NCBI GenBank assembly: GCA_043228905.1
Contig: JBHGNT010000009.1
Span: 21,204,001-21,268,000 of the forward strand
DNA: 64,000 nt
From: Azolla caroliniana
Lineage: Eukaryota; Plantae; Polypodiophyta
Direction of reading: 5' to 3'
The notes under the pieces were generated by a model. It saw only the letters and a program-made list of their open reading frames with translations, had not been told where the DNA came from and did no database searches. The stretch's first letter is position 1. Each line of letters starts with the position of its first letter. Made by a program: the position numbers and the translations under genes. Shown piece by piece: positions 24,163 to 37,660 of this stretch.

Positions 24163-27100
24163 TCATGCCCGTAACATACTCCCCCTCTTTAAAACATTGC
24201 ACTCTTGCAATGTAAAGTTAGGGAAGTTAGTTCTAAGAGTATTTTCGCGTTCCCATGTGGCATCTTTTATTGATTTATCCATCCATTTTATTTTAAATTC
24301 TCGGATTTCTTTAGTACGTAATTTTTTTGTTTTAACATCGAGAATTCTTTCTGGTACATGTGGTTTAGAAGATAATTCTTCAGAAGTAACCAGAGTTTTA
24401 GTCGTAACTGTATTGTCGCCAGAACCTAGAAGTTCTTTTAGACGACTCACATGAAAGACTGGATGAATTCCGACACCATCGGGAAGAGCGAGACGATAGG
24501 CTGATGACCCAATGCGTTTGAGGACTGTAAAAGGTCCACAAAACCGTGGGGCTAACTTAGCGCACTTACCCGTAGACAATGTCTTAGAATTGTGAGGTAC
24601 ACGTAAAAATACCTTCTGTCCAGGGTTGAATACACGAGGTTGCCTATGATGATCGGCATAAAAACGCGCTCTATCTTGAGCTATTTTTATATTATCTCGT
24701 GCAATATGCAACATATCTTGCATATCCCGAAGAAAGTTTTGCGTACTTCGCAACTCATCATGATGTATATTAACATCAATCGGGGCTCGTGGCTGAAAAC
24801 CATACATCAACATAAAAGGACTATATCCCGTCGACGTATGCTTGGAGCTGTTATAAGCAAACTCCAAAATTGGGAGATAACGTTCCCATTTTGTTGGTTT
24901 TGCACCAACGTATGCTCGAAGCATGTCCTCAATAATTTGATTTACTCGTTCTGTTTGTCCATCGGATTGAGGATGATCCGTGGAGCTCATGCTCAACGTA
25001 GTTTCTAACTTCTTAAAGACTTGTGTCCAGAAGTCACTAGTAAACTTTGGATCTCGATCACTCACGATATCCATCGGTAACCCATAAAAACGAAACAATT
25101 CGTCAACGAATTGGTAAGCCAATTCAGGAGCTGTTACCATGGTTTTAGTAGCAATAAATCTGGCCATTTTAGTTAGTCGATCAACGACAACCCAGATGGC
25201 ATCATGACCTTTTTGGGTGCGAGGAAGGCTAACAATAAAATCCATGGATATACTTTCCCACTTATTATTGGGAATGTCCAAGGGATGTAAAAGTCATGCG
25301 GCTTTAAGTCGCTCGGCTTTGTTAACCTGACACTGGTGACATTTAGTCACATAGCTATGTATGTCAGGACGCATCTTAGGCCAATAAAATTGAGTGGAGA
25401 TGAGAACGAGTGTACGATGTATTCCAGGGTGCCCTGCTGAGGGTGCATCATGGCATTCAAAAAGAATCCTCTTTTTGACCTCGGGTAAATCTGGAACACA
25501 AACCTTCCCATTACGGTAGAGCAAACCGTTAGCAATGTGGAAGTATTCCTTCGAGGATGTGGTGGTGTCTGTTCCAGACTCAACTCTTGCCCAGTATTTT
25601 GCGAAATAACTGTCATCAGGATACTTTCCTCGAAGGTGATCATAAAGATCTGATGATATTGCAGTGAAGCTAAGCGTGTTAACTTCACGGATGCGACTTA
25701 GTGCATCAGTGACAATGTTCATGGAACCTTTACGATATCGTATGGAAAAATCAAAGTCCTGGATGAGATCAGCCCATCGTGCCTTACGACCTTGCAGGTC
25801 TTGTTGGTCACAAAAATATTTCAAGCACTCGTGGTCCGTAGTTACCACAAAGTGATTTCCATAAAGATAATGGCGCCATGTTTTGAGCGCATGTATAACT
25901 GCAAATAATTCCTTTTCTTGAACGGTATACCGACATTGAGCAGAATCAAGTTTCTTACTCTCGAATGCTATTGGTTTACCATCTTGATACAAGACAGCAC
26001 CTATAGCATAATCGCTTGCATCGGTTTCAACCTCAAAAGGTTTTGAAGGATCGGGTAAAAGAAGTGAAGGAGCCTTGCAAACCAGGTCCTTGAGTTCCTT
26101 AAAGGCAAGGTCTAGTGTAGCATTCCACACAATAGGTTTTGTAGACTTACGCGTTTGACCTTTTAAAAGATCAGTAAACGGCGTCGTCAATTGGGAGTAA
26201 TTACGAAGAGACTTTCGCAAAAACCCCACAAAACCAAGGAATGATCGAACTTCTCGAATATTCCGAAGAGTGGGCCAAAGCTTGATTTTCTCAATGCGAG
26301 AAGGATCAATTTCAACTCCTCGTTCGGTTATGAGATGTCCTAGATAAGTAATTGATTTCTTGAAGAACTCACATTTTGAGATCTTCGCATAAAGTTGTTT
26401 GTCACGCAATGTTTGTAAAACAAAGCGGACATGTCTAGCATGTTCTTGTAATGTACGGCTATAAACTAAAATATCATCCAAGAAAATAATGACAAATTTT
26501 CCAAGTTGTTCTCGGAAAATGTCATTCATTTCTTGTTGAAAAGTAGCCGGAGCATTGGTCAAACCAAAAGGCATAACCAAAAACTCGTAATGGCCATAGC
26601 GCGTACGAAATGCCGTTTTAGGAACATTGTCCTCACTTATTCGTATTTGATGGTAGCCAGTACGGAGATCAAGTTTCGTAAAATACCGAGCTCCTTGGAG
26701 ACGGTCAATTAGATCGTCAGCCCGGGGCAATGGGTACGAATTCTTGATCGTCACTTTATTCAAGCGTCGGTAATTAATACACATACACCATGTGCCCTCT
26801 TTCTTTTTAACCAAGAGAACTGGTGCACCCCATGGAGATTTACTATAACGTATATAACCCATTCGTAAATAGTCCTTGAGTTGCTTAGATACCTCATCTT
26901 CTTCGGATCGACTTAAGCGATACGGAGGTATACTTATTGGTGCAACACTAGGTACAATATCTATACGATGGTCTATATTACGTTTAGGAGGTAACCCATC
27001 AGGTAGTTCACTTGGAAAAACATCATGAAAATCATTTAAGATTTCATCAAGTTGTTGTTGTTCAAAATATGTTAATTGAATCGGGACATTATCGATATTG

Positions 27101-28531
27101 TAAACGTGAATGTCCGGATCAAGTACACAATAATATAACGTAGAACAAGACAACTCGGATATTGATGGGCACGAGGAAACAATCGAGAGGGATTGTTTTT
27201 TTACACATTGAATAAAATGCGTACAATCGTTCAATACAAAAGAAATGGAATGACGAATCCAATCAATAAATAAAGAAGAGTTTTTATTATAAAACCAGGG
27301 ATAACCCAGTATTACATCGGTGGTACAAAGATTCATTACATGGAAGTCTACTTCCTCTATATAAGTATCAATAGAAATTCCTAATGAATGAATCGCCCCG
27401 TTGATGTATTGTACTCTTCCATCAGCCAAGTGCACCGTGTAGGTGTGATCACTTACGGTGGGTTGGATTCCCCATATCTGAACCAAACGATCATTCACAA
27501 AATTGTGTGAGCTTCCTGAATCAAATAAAAATTGTACGGGAGATCCATTGATATACCCGTTTGCACGTAGTAAATCATTGGGACCCAATACATAGTGAGG
27601 GAAAGAACATTGACAATTACTTAAATGATGTGTATAGACCTGAAGGACATTAGGAATCTGACCTTTATGGTCTGCAGCTTTAGCTTTGTTGTCGTGCTCT
27701 TTCCGTTGGAGCTTTCGACATTGATCTTTTGTATGACCCTTCTTTTTGCAGAATACACAAAAAGGATGTTGTCGCTTACAATCGCGATCCAGGAATTCGT
27801 TGGGTGTCTTGCGTTTCCCAACAAATTGCGACTGCTTAGTCCCGGGCGCTTCGTTGGGTTTGTTATGGTCCTTCTTCGAAGTGCGTTGATAGCGAAGAAC
27901 TATTTCAACGGCCTCTTCGAAGGATTTTGGATCCTTATTGTGCACTATCCAGTGATAGTCCGAATTGGGGATGCCATTGACAAAACAAGCTATCAACCAA
28001 TTGTCCCCTTCTAGACCCGATTTTTGGATTTGGGTTCTAGCATGGTGAACATAGTCTTCTAGCGAGGAAAATTTCCTGCTAGAGAGGTTCATTAAAGCTT
28101 GTGCTGCCTCGGTTCGAGAGGGAGGTTGCAGAAATTGGCCCTTAAAAACTGTGACAAAATCTGTCCAGGTATCGGGCAATTTCCCCATAGTACGGAGGCC
28201 ACGCCACCAGGCGGCGGCCTTACCCCCGAGTTCTCGGCCGACATATGCAATCTTCGTACTATCTGGCGTGGGATAGAGCTCAAAATGAGACTCCCATCGT
28301 CCCAGCCATGTGCAGATTGCTTCTTCGGTCCTTTCCTTTTTGTCTCCTGTAAATGGCTTAACGACAAATGATGGTTCACCTTGTCGCTCATCAGGTCTAT
28401 TAGTCTCACGTTGTAGACTAATGACACGTGCCTCAAGAGCACTCTGAGATTGCCGAAGTTCGGTCATTTGTTGAGCGGTGAAACTAAGGTATTGGGTTAT
28501 TTGTGCCAAATACATCTCAGTGGACATTTGT
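24163..28531 (-). pseudogene. gag-pol: Single-ORF gag-pol with chromodomain; in-frame TGA at 25294-25296; the first ~22 codons are displaced to 38019-38083 by the DNA transposon
   Basis: [27 protein letters not shown], integrase SDRD, and ERILD...KIKW...ATWE chromodomain. MAQINDPMSS...NPPG|QMSTEM joins in frame once the insertion is removed. Confidence 0.92.
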
Positions 28532-29583
28532 CCAGAACACGTTCGCGTTCACAAGTGGAAGGATTGCGCATTCCACTTGTAGAATCTTCTTAAAACGAAG
28601 CAAATACACCCTCTCTACAATAATTGGATGCACTAGTATCACATGTTCCTCAACTTGATAAGAATTTGCAAATATAAAAATACATGATAGATCTACGAGT
28701 GGAGATCATTAGAAATCATGCAAGTTTAGACATGTTGATAAGTTAATGTATCTAAATAAAGTTCAACTATGGCTCAATATGGCACTATTGTGCGACAAGG
28801 GAAACACTAACTTAAAGACTTATATTAATTAGGTAGGTTTTACAAAATTATGAGGTGTACTTGTATCCATACTAATAAAATGAGATATAATTTATACTTT
28901 GACCCATACGTGCATATATGTAATTGTCGAAAATGTAGGATAGTGCACATTAGGATAAGTGATTGGAATAACTAACTTATTAAAGTATTCAATACTTATA
29001 TTAAAAGTTGATCTAATCTATTCCTCAGTTTGTTCATATGGGATCAAACCATATGTGTATATAATTGTGCACAATGTAAGGCAGTGAACTTTAGGATAAT
29101 GTCGTGGAAATAACAAACCTATTAGGCTTTCATACCTATATTTAAAATTGATCTACTCTATTGCTTAGGTGATTCACACAAGATCAAACTCCGAACGATA
29201 ACGCAACTGGAACCATTATCAACACACTACACAATCTAAGCAGCAATGGAATAGAAACTAGACCTGTTTTAACAATATAAGACAAAGATCCATAATAACA
29301 ACATGGACAGTCATGGCAATAATTATAGGGCCATGTTCTGTTAAGGTTAGCTTGGACCAAAATCAGCCTCCATTTAAGCTAGTTCATGTTTCTCCATAAG
29401 TTTGGTAGTCAGCTATGCACGCGGTGAAACCAATATCATAAATCTACTAATGAGGTATATAAAAATAAAATTGAAACATATAGATGATTATAAAGAATAG
29501 AATCCACTAGGTAAAACCCAAAATTTGTATTAATAATGTGAAATCTTAACAAATCGTCAGTGTCATATTCTTTATAGAGTCTA

Positions 29584-32500
29584 TTACATAGCAATCAATT
29601 CATCTACGTCATTTTCTTCATCATCTTGTGTAGAACTGTCTTCGGCTATACGTGCATTGGTTTCCCCTGTTAGCCGGGCCAACGAAATATCTTCTATAAG
29701 CTCATCATCAAGCTCTATTAGCTCTCCCGGTTCGCCGGCTAACGGAGGAATAGGCTCTCGCGAAGCGGGTTGAAACCTTTCTGTATTGGCGAGGTTCTTT
29801 GCACCGACCTCCTCATCCTGGTCTGGGCACTCCCACAAAGCCTTAATCCGCATATTAATAAATATAACTTGGTCCTCGTCCTTCTCCAATGCAACTGTAT
29901 TCCTAAACAGCTTCAATGCACATGCTGACGTAGTTCCTATGATGTAAGTAACAAGAAGATTTAGTTGTCAAACGACAAAAGTGATTGGTTATCTCAAGAT
30001 CGTTACCCTAGTTCGAGGAATACCTGTGCCAGAAAAGAGATCTAATATCCAGTCTCCTTCGACAGAAAACATCTCGATCAAGCGCATCATAAGTCGTTGA
30101 GGTTTTTGGTATGGGTTGACAAGTCCCCGTTCTGTCGTGGTGACATGTCGCAATTTCCGAGTCACTGCTGGATATACCAACAGATTTGAACCTCCCACTT
30201 CATTAGAATGCTCTTTGATTCTCTGTTTTTTAATTTCATCGAAGTAGCCAACCGTTATGTATTCAATGGCATTAACGAACCGAAAAGTTGGCCCTCTATT
30301 TACATTGGTCTTGATCCTATAAAAAATAATTCATCGAGTTAAAAATAGATTCAACAACCTTAAGAATTGCAATATAATGAAAGACACCTATAAATAATCC
30401 TTACCATGCAAGGTTCTCGATGCCATGGCAACGAGATCTCAAAGCTTGAGCTACCGAGTACCCTTGGTCCATACTATGAAAGACAACTATTCGCCACAAG
30501 GATGCGGTCGTTAGCTCAGCGAAATCCTTGACCATCTTCTCCAATTGTTTAAACCTAAACGGTTCATCGTCGTATGATGACCCAGCCATTCGAAATCCGT
30601 AAGGAATATCCGCAATCATTAGCGTATATTCCTTCTTTGGCACCTTCTGGATCAAGTCGATGACATCACCGCAAACCACATTGTAGTAAAGATCTCTCGT
30701 AATATCTTTCTTGTGGCTAAATTTTTTAAACGAGCCATCTTCCTCCATTTCGTACGCCTTGACTAAGCGACGATCCTTTTCTTTTCTGGCTCGCTCGAGA
30801 TGTGCAAGGAAGGATGTAGGGAAATCGTGTATATCCTTAACTTCTCCTTGTTTCTTGCCTCGACACGGTTTCTAATAGAAGCAATAGGACATCAGGTATT
30901 ATTACGCAACCTCTACATATGATGAAAGGGTAATGAAAAAATATCAATACTAACCCAATCCTTGAATGCAATAAAATACTCTGATAACGCCTTATACGAA
31001 GACGTTAGAGGATAATCCTCGGTCACTTGTTCCCAAGTTATACATCCAAGTTGTTTCATCATTACTTCTTGGATCTTCATGTACACCTTATGACTGTAAA
31101 ATTAGAAATCAAGATTAGAACTTTGAATTACACCAGATAGACTACAATTTCAGTATTTGAAAGACTTACTTATTGAACTCGGTGACCATTTCTTCAAGGC
31201 TTAAATCTTTCGCCACAACCCTTGACAAAACGGACACAAGAAGCTGCTCGTCCTTAATACCTTGCATCGCTCTCCATAGACAGCTTCATGTCGTCTGCCG
31301 CTTCTTCAATTGTCAAGTCAATTCTCTTGGCGGCTTGTGACTTTAATTCTAGTTGAGGGTCAACCCTACATTTCTTTTGTCGTTGACCCTTTACCTCCTT
31401 ATTCTCCCACATTGAGAAGATTTGATCTTGGAGGTCCCATACTTCTCCATCTCTAAACGCCAATTGAAACCAAGATTCATACTTTCGAAGACCATCGGAC
31501 CTAACATTATCATCTACCACAATGCCGACTTCATGCAGACATTGACGTCGAAGGCCTGGATGTAACTTCACACCAAACTTTTGTTTCACATCTAAATACT
31601 CGTGGTGGAAGAACCGGATACGCTCAATAGACGACATTTTCTGCCTATAGTCATTATCATTATTATGGTCCCATGCCAACAGCTTAGCCTCTTCGGTTGT
31701 GAGCCCAACATATATTTTGCACTCGGCATACTTGAAGAAGAAAGTGGTTGGATGTTCTCTGACAAGTTGTCGACGTGCCTCTGCTGAATGCGATCCACCA
31801 ATGACAAAATAATTATATTGATCATGCTTTCTGATATCAAAATCTTCAATGGTTTCACATTCTTCAGGATCCACCATAACATTCTTCATTTTTTTCTTGA
31901 GATTTTGAACATGCATGCGATGAGGCTCTCTAATCTCAAGTGGTCTTCGACCTGTTTTTTCATCAATAGGGGGCCGATGGATGTGTGTTATAGGCAAATT
32001 AAATACTTGCCCTTTCCTGACCAGCTTCCGTTGCCTTAACTCTCTTCTTATTTTATTCTGCTCGGATGACAAAACACCCGAGGCCAGCTCGGCTCCTGGC
32101 GTCCCCTTATTATCCTCTTCTTCATTGTCACTTGTCGAATCCGTATCCGACATTTTCGTTGTCTTCTTCTTGGCTGGTCTTGACTGGACTTTGGATACCT
32201 TTTTAGTGGCCTTCAAGTGGGAGGGCTCTTCATCTCGTAGAGTTACATGGCCTTGTATATAAGGCCTCAAGGTAACAATCAGGTTTTGTGAGTTATCAAG
32301 TGCTTTTTTGAACACTTCAGGCCCACAAGATTCCTTTACTAAAAGGACTTCTGAAAGGAACACTTTGCGTACCCCCTTGGAGCACTCTATCATTACCAGT
32401 ATGTTGGCCGAATCTGCATCTTCGTAGTCAAATCGTAGAATTCGGCCATACATAAATGGAGTTTTTTTTCCTAGCTGCCCCTCACCCTTCTTCTTTGCTG

Positions 32501-34089
32501 TATACAATACGACTTTTTTCTTTGAGTCGACATATTGCATACACCATTCCTTGTCCGTTAGATCTCGGTCAGGAAGGTCTTCGCCTCCAGTAGCGGCGAC
32601 AATTTTCTTTTGGCTTACATCACTATGGGGCTGAGATTTTGTCTCTTCGTTAAATAGAAGCTTTTTTCCTCTCTTTATGGTCTCCGGAGTTACCTTGGTC
32701 TGGGCTTCGATTGGAGAACCTTGTATGCGAAGCTTAATTTTCTTCACGGGTCGGTCTGACAGATTCTCAAACGACCTATTTAAGAAAGTATATGCAAAAA
32801 CATAAGTTAGACAGTTACGTAGATTGAAGTTGTTATTATAATGAAGAACAGTTTCTAGGAGCAGTAACATATTCAAAAATCTATTCTAGGCAGGGCTATT
32901 CAACCTAGAAAATATATATCGTAATAAGTAAAACGGGTTATATATTCTTTTAAATAGTAGATATGACTTATATAGATTCTAAACCTATATTGATGAGAAT
33001 TTGCCATAGTGAATGCAATTTGTAGATCATTTTCTACTATTTTAAGCTAAAGTAGGTCAAAAAACACCTATAATTAGAGCTTGTATTTGTTTAGAAGTAA
33101 GTAAACTCAACATAAAAAGACTGATTTTGACAGACAATTTGATAACATTTCCACCCCGTAAACGATTTTTCTCTCTCAAAGGCTACACTTTAAACACGAA
33201 CTCGATACGCCGTATCGAGTTCGTGTTTAAAGTTTGAATTTTAAACACGAACTCGATACGGCGTATCGAGTTCGTGTTTAAAGTATAGGTTTTAAACACG
33301 AACTCGATACGCCGTATCGAGTTCGTGTTTAAAGTTTGAATTTTAAACACGAACTCGATACAGCGTATCGAGTTCGTGTTTAAAGTATAGGTTTTAAACA
33401 CGAACTCGATACGGCGTATCGAGTTCGTGTTCATAGTGTAGGTTTTAAACACGAACTCGATACGCCGTATCGAGTTCGTGTTGAAAGTGTAGGTTTTAAA
33501 CACGAACTCGATACGCCGTATCGAGTTCGTGTTTATCGAGTTCGTGTTTAAAACCTACACTTTCAACACGAACTCGATACGGCGTATCGAGTTCGTGTTT
33601 AAAACCTATACTTTAAACACGAACTCGATACGGCGTATCGAGTTCGTGTTTAAAAGGTATGTTTTAAACACGAACTCGATACGCCGTATCGAGTTCGTGT
33701 TTAAAGTGTAGGTTTTAAACACGAACTCGATACGCCGTATCGAGTTCGTGTTTAAAACCTACACTTTAAACACGAATTCGATACGGCGTATCGAGTTCGT
33801 GTTTAAAACCTACCCTATGAACACGAACTCGATACGCCGTATCGAGTTCATGTTTAAAACCTATACTTTAAACACGAACTCGATACGGCGTATCGAGTTC
33901 ATGTATACAATACAAATATTTATACACGAACTCGATACGCCGTATCGAGTTCGTGTATAAATATTTGTATTGTATACATGAACTCGATACGCCGTATCGA
34001 GTTCTTGGGAAACGAAACATATTTAAAAAAATGTCCACAGTGTCAGAGGCCTACCTGGACTCCTCGCGCTCGACTCTCTTGGAAGACAT
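29584..34089 (-). CDS. ParB/Srx-like domain plus beta-class amino (N4C/N6A) DNA methyltransferase; exons 34089-34055, 32775-31170, 31093-30955, 30871-30405, 30316-30024, 29936-29584; one frameshift near 31277
   Basis: All introns are GT-AG and phase-compatible. Motifs in order: VVCGDV, IADIPYG (motif IV), WIKTN..NAIEYI, YQKPQRLM..LIEMFS, DLFSGTGTTSACALKLFRNTVALEKD (motifs I-II). Motif IV before motif I is the beta-class order. VIGGSHSAEA resembles the ParB/Srx GxHR motif. Confidence 0.85.
33187..34003. repeat. Array of 16 palindromes AAACACGAACTCGATACG(C/G)CGTATCGAGTTCGTGTTT at a 51-bp period
   Basis: Directly visible. The ~14-bp AT-rich linkers occur in both orientations. The array lies in intron 1 of the methyltransferase gene. 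Confidence 0.97.
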
Positions 34090-34220
34090 GGTTGATCGTG
34101 TTGTGTGGAGGCGGATATCGCGCTTTCGTGCTTTGTGCCTTGAGTGCTCTGTGTGCTCTGTGTGCTCTGAGTGCTCTGTACGCTCTGTACGCTCTGGTGA
34201 GTGAAATATGATGAGGTCTT

Positions 34221-34230
34221 CCTATTTATA
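34221..34230 (-). promoter_or_regulatory. TATA box of the methyltransferase gene
   Basis: The minus strand reads TATAAATAGG about 135 bp upstream of the ATG at 34089, followed by a CAGAGCAC-repeat leader. Confidence 0.6.
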
Positions 34231-34879
34231 GGGATTGAACCCATGGTTAAAGTAACCATAGTCATCTTAACCAATGTTGGTAACTTTGAGGATAGTTAGT
34301 TTGTAACCATAGTCACATTAACTATAGTAACTTATGATTGTATTAATGATTACAAAGTCAAACTAATATATTGATCAATCTTTTATACTCATAACAACCT
34401 ACAATCACTTCAAAGGTTATGAAGGAGACAATGATAGAGGTTCATGAATGTACCAATGATTGATTACTAAAAGCAAAAAATTTTATGACTCTCAATAGTT
34501 ATGTATTAAAGATGCGGGCATGAATTAACCAATGAGTGAGCCTTAAAGAATCAATGAGTGAGACGTTCTATATCAAAATGGGTGTCATTAATTAGCCAAT
34601 GATTTTAACATTAATCCAACATATTCAAGGCTTGTTAATGATTAGTTTTATATTTTACTTGATTTAACATCATTTAGATCTAGTTTATATAATGATTGAT
34701 AATTTAAGTTAAATTACTTTATTAAAAATAATTTTTAGATGTATTGTATTTTAATAGAATATTACATAATATAGACATTCTATTGATTTGGCTTTTGTTT
34801 AGAGAGAAGTTTATGTTTAGGGAGGAGTATATGGTTAGAGAGGAGTATAACTTAGAGAGCCCTATCTAGACCTTAAGCC

Positions 34880-37660
34880 ATGAGTGAAGATTCACCGTTC
34901 TCGATTGAAGAATATTGTTTGTCATCAGACCCATCGTTTTCTACTGAAGAGTATTGTTTATCAACAGAGTCACCATATTCGATTGAAGAATATTGTCTTT
35001 CGACCGACTCACCATATTCTATCGAAGAATATTGTCTGAGCTCATCTACAGGGAATGCAAATAATGACACATGTGAAGAGTTCTCTATTGAAGAATACGA
35101 TATTAATAAAGATACCGGGAATGAAGGAAGTGCCCAGGAAACATTGAATAACATTGGCGATGGTCAGAACAGAGAATTAGACTGTAACAAGGTTACACCA
35201 ACCTCTATGCAGGAAGAGAAATCTGGGAGCCCTATGCATATTAGAAGAATCCCACGAAGAATTCGTCTGGCTAGATTTAGCTTGGTGACATCAGATAAAC
35301 AGATTGGATTTGATGTCAACAAAATATGTTGTGCCCGTGGTTGTATGTCTATGATTGGAAAATCAAAGTTGCGAGAATTAAGGCGATACTATTTTTCGAT
35401 GACCGGTGATGAGCAAGACACTTACCTCGGATCACATATGCAACTAGTATCTGACAAATGTACGGGGATCAAAGTATCATTCGAGTATTATATCTTCCAT
35501 GCGCAACAGATATGTAGAGTTGCATTCAAAATTGTGTTATGTGTTAGTAACATGCGGCTACATAGAGTACAACAACGTCTACTTAGTGGGGATCAGATGC
35601 TCAATTGTAAAGAGGTTCCAAGTATGAAAGGTGCAATTGGAAGACTAGCTATTGGCTGGATGAAAACTTACTTTCAGTTAAATTGTGAAGTAATGCCCAC
35701 TACAGGTAGGATGCATCTTTCTGATAATTATACCCGTCGGGAAGTTTATGATGTCTATCGATCTGAAATGCTGGGCTCACGTAATAAGTCTATCACCTAT
35801 AGCCAATTCACAAGATTATGGAGAGCTCGGTTTTCAAATGTTATTATTCCTCGTAAAGTACGTATGGGTTATTGCTCCATTTGTGCAAATCTTAAAAGTT
35901 TGGCTAAAGGTGCAAAGACATCACTGGAAAAGGATACGAGTAAGAAGTTACTACAAGAGCATCGTGAGGCACAATCCTTAAAACGAAGGAAGGCGATGCA
36001 TCATAGAGAGAAGTGTTTGAAGAGGCCTGAACAATACATGTGCTTAATGATAGATGGCATGGACCAGAAGAAGACATGCTTGCCGCATATGCGGAGGCTC
36101 CCCAAAGATGTCAATGATGAGTGCCTTGTTCAAATGCACTTGGTGGGATGCTTGGCTTATAATAGGTCTGTTCGACCTCACGTCTTCATTACTTACCCCA
36201 ATGTTCACAATGACCCTAACCTAACAGTTACAGTGATTCACCGAGTTTTGATGTCTTGGGGACAACCTTTCCCCCCTGTTCTATACATTCAATTGGACAA
36301 TACTGCTAGAGAGAACAAAAATTCAACTGTATTTGGCTATCTAAGTATGTTGGTCAACCTAGAATTGTTTAGGAAAGTGAAAGTCAATTTCCTTTTGGTT
36401 GGCCACACACATGACCATATAGATCAGATGTTTAGCACATTCTCCAGACAGTTGTCTCGGCATGATGCTTTCACTTTACCTAAACTATTTGATGTCATTT
36501 GTGATGCATATACACCACGCCCAAAAGTGTTACACTTGAAGGAGGTATATGACTTTAAGAGATATATATTAGATGGGGGTGGTGGGAATGTTAAAGTGCT
36601 TGCTCAGTTAAACAATATAAGTTTCAATCACATTTTTTTGATAAAGAAAAATGGAATAAGTGGTTCTACACTTTTGTATGCTAAACAATATTCATCTTCT
36701 ACAACATGGGAACCTGAAGGTGGTTGCCAGTTATTACTTTGTATGCCGAGTACAATTGTCCATGGAGCTAAGCAAATGCCAATTGAGAAGAAAGGACAGT
36801 TGTAGAGCGACTTGGTATTAGAACAAAAACGGTCATGGCTCCAAGCCTTAGAAGAAAAAAGAAAACATATTGAGGCCGCCAAGAAATATGCCGCACAACA
36901 AGACACGTCATGGTGGGATGTATTTTATAGTGATCAGAAAGAAATTATAGACAATTGTGTATCTGTTGATAATTGGAATTTGGAAACGCCATTCACATGG
37001 TCGCTGCAACATGATCGCGTAAATAGAAGTCCGGAGCGACTAGTAAATGCGATTAATGACAGCTTGGTCCATCCACAACAAAGAGACATTTATGTGGGAC
37101 CAAGGATGACCAAAGCAGCCGAAGCTAGATGGCAAGGAAATTTGCAAGAGCTCACCGCGGGGATGTTGATTGCAACGCCGGCTGATGAGAACTCACATGG
37201 CCACCAATTTTGGGTTGGTAAAATTCTAGAAGTGCTAATGCATGAAATAGATAACACGATCAAGTCTATAAATGTTCATTGGTACAACACTAGAAGTGCA
37301 AATGCTTTTACAGGTAAGTATACATTGGAGATGATTGAATGCCAAACAAGAAGGGGAGGTAGGAAGAGGAAGCGAAACATTCGTAACACCTCGACCCTTG
37401 ATATCTCTGATGTGGATATCATCGTGTACGACTTCACACTTACAAAAGCCGGACGATTAAGGAAGTCAACAATAGATATAATAAAAGAAAAATTACCAGG
37501 TCTACAAGGTGGCTCGAGTCGAAGGCAAACGAGATCTGCTACATATAATCTAGAGTCAAACCATTTGGTTTATGACGAAGATAATGCACTGATTGGTACA
37601 TCCGAGGATGATGAGGAGGAATCGTCATTGTATATTAGTTATAGTAGTGATTCTCCGTAA
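34880..37660 (+). CDS. Sola-like DDD transposase with a C-terminal beta-barrel (BAH/Tudor-like) region; in-frame TAG at 36803-36805
   Basis: Cys-rich CCxxxC, ICRVAF, CSIC, IDGMDQ, YIQLDNTARENKN and FLLVGHTHDHIDQMFS. The ORF at 36812-37660 is in the same frame (FWVGKILEV...VHWY). Confidence 0.85.

Noticed and set aside
29584-30748. Bacterial contamination as the source of the MTase
   Set aside because: The gene has spliceosomal GT-AG introns and sits inside a TIR element nested in plant retrotransposons.
32776-32876. N-terminus of the listed 540-aa ORF (MNMLLL...)
   Set aside because: This is intronic. A splice acceptor at 32777-32776 joins in frame to exon 1 at 34089-34055.
33183-33960. ORFs of 17-aa repeats (NTNSIRRIEFVFK)
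   Set aside because: They are by-products of the 51-bp palindromic repeat and read the same on both strands.
33187-34003. CRISPR array
   Set aside because: The linkers are only about 14 bp and are themselves repeated, there are no cas genes, and the context is a eukaryotic intron.
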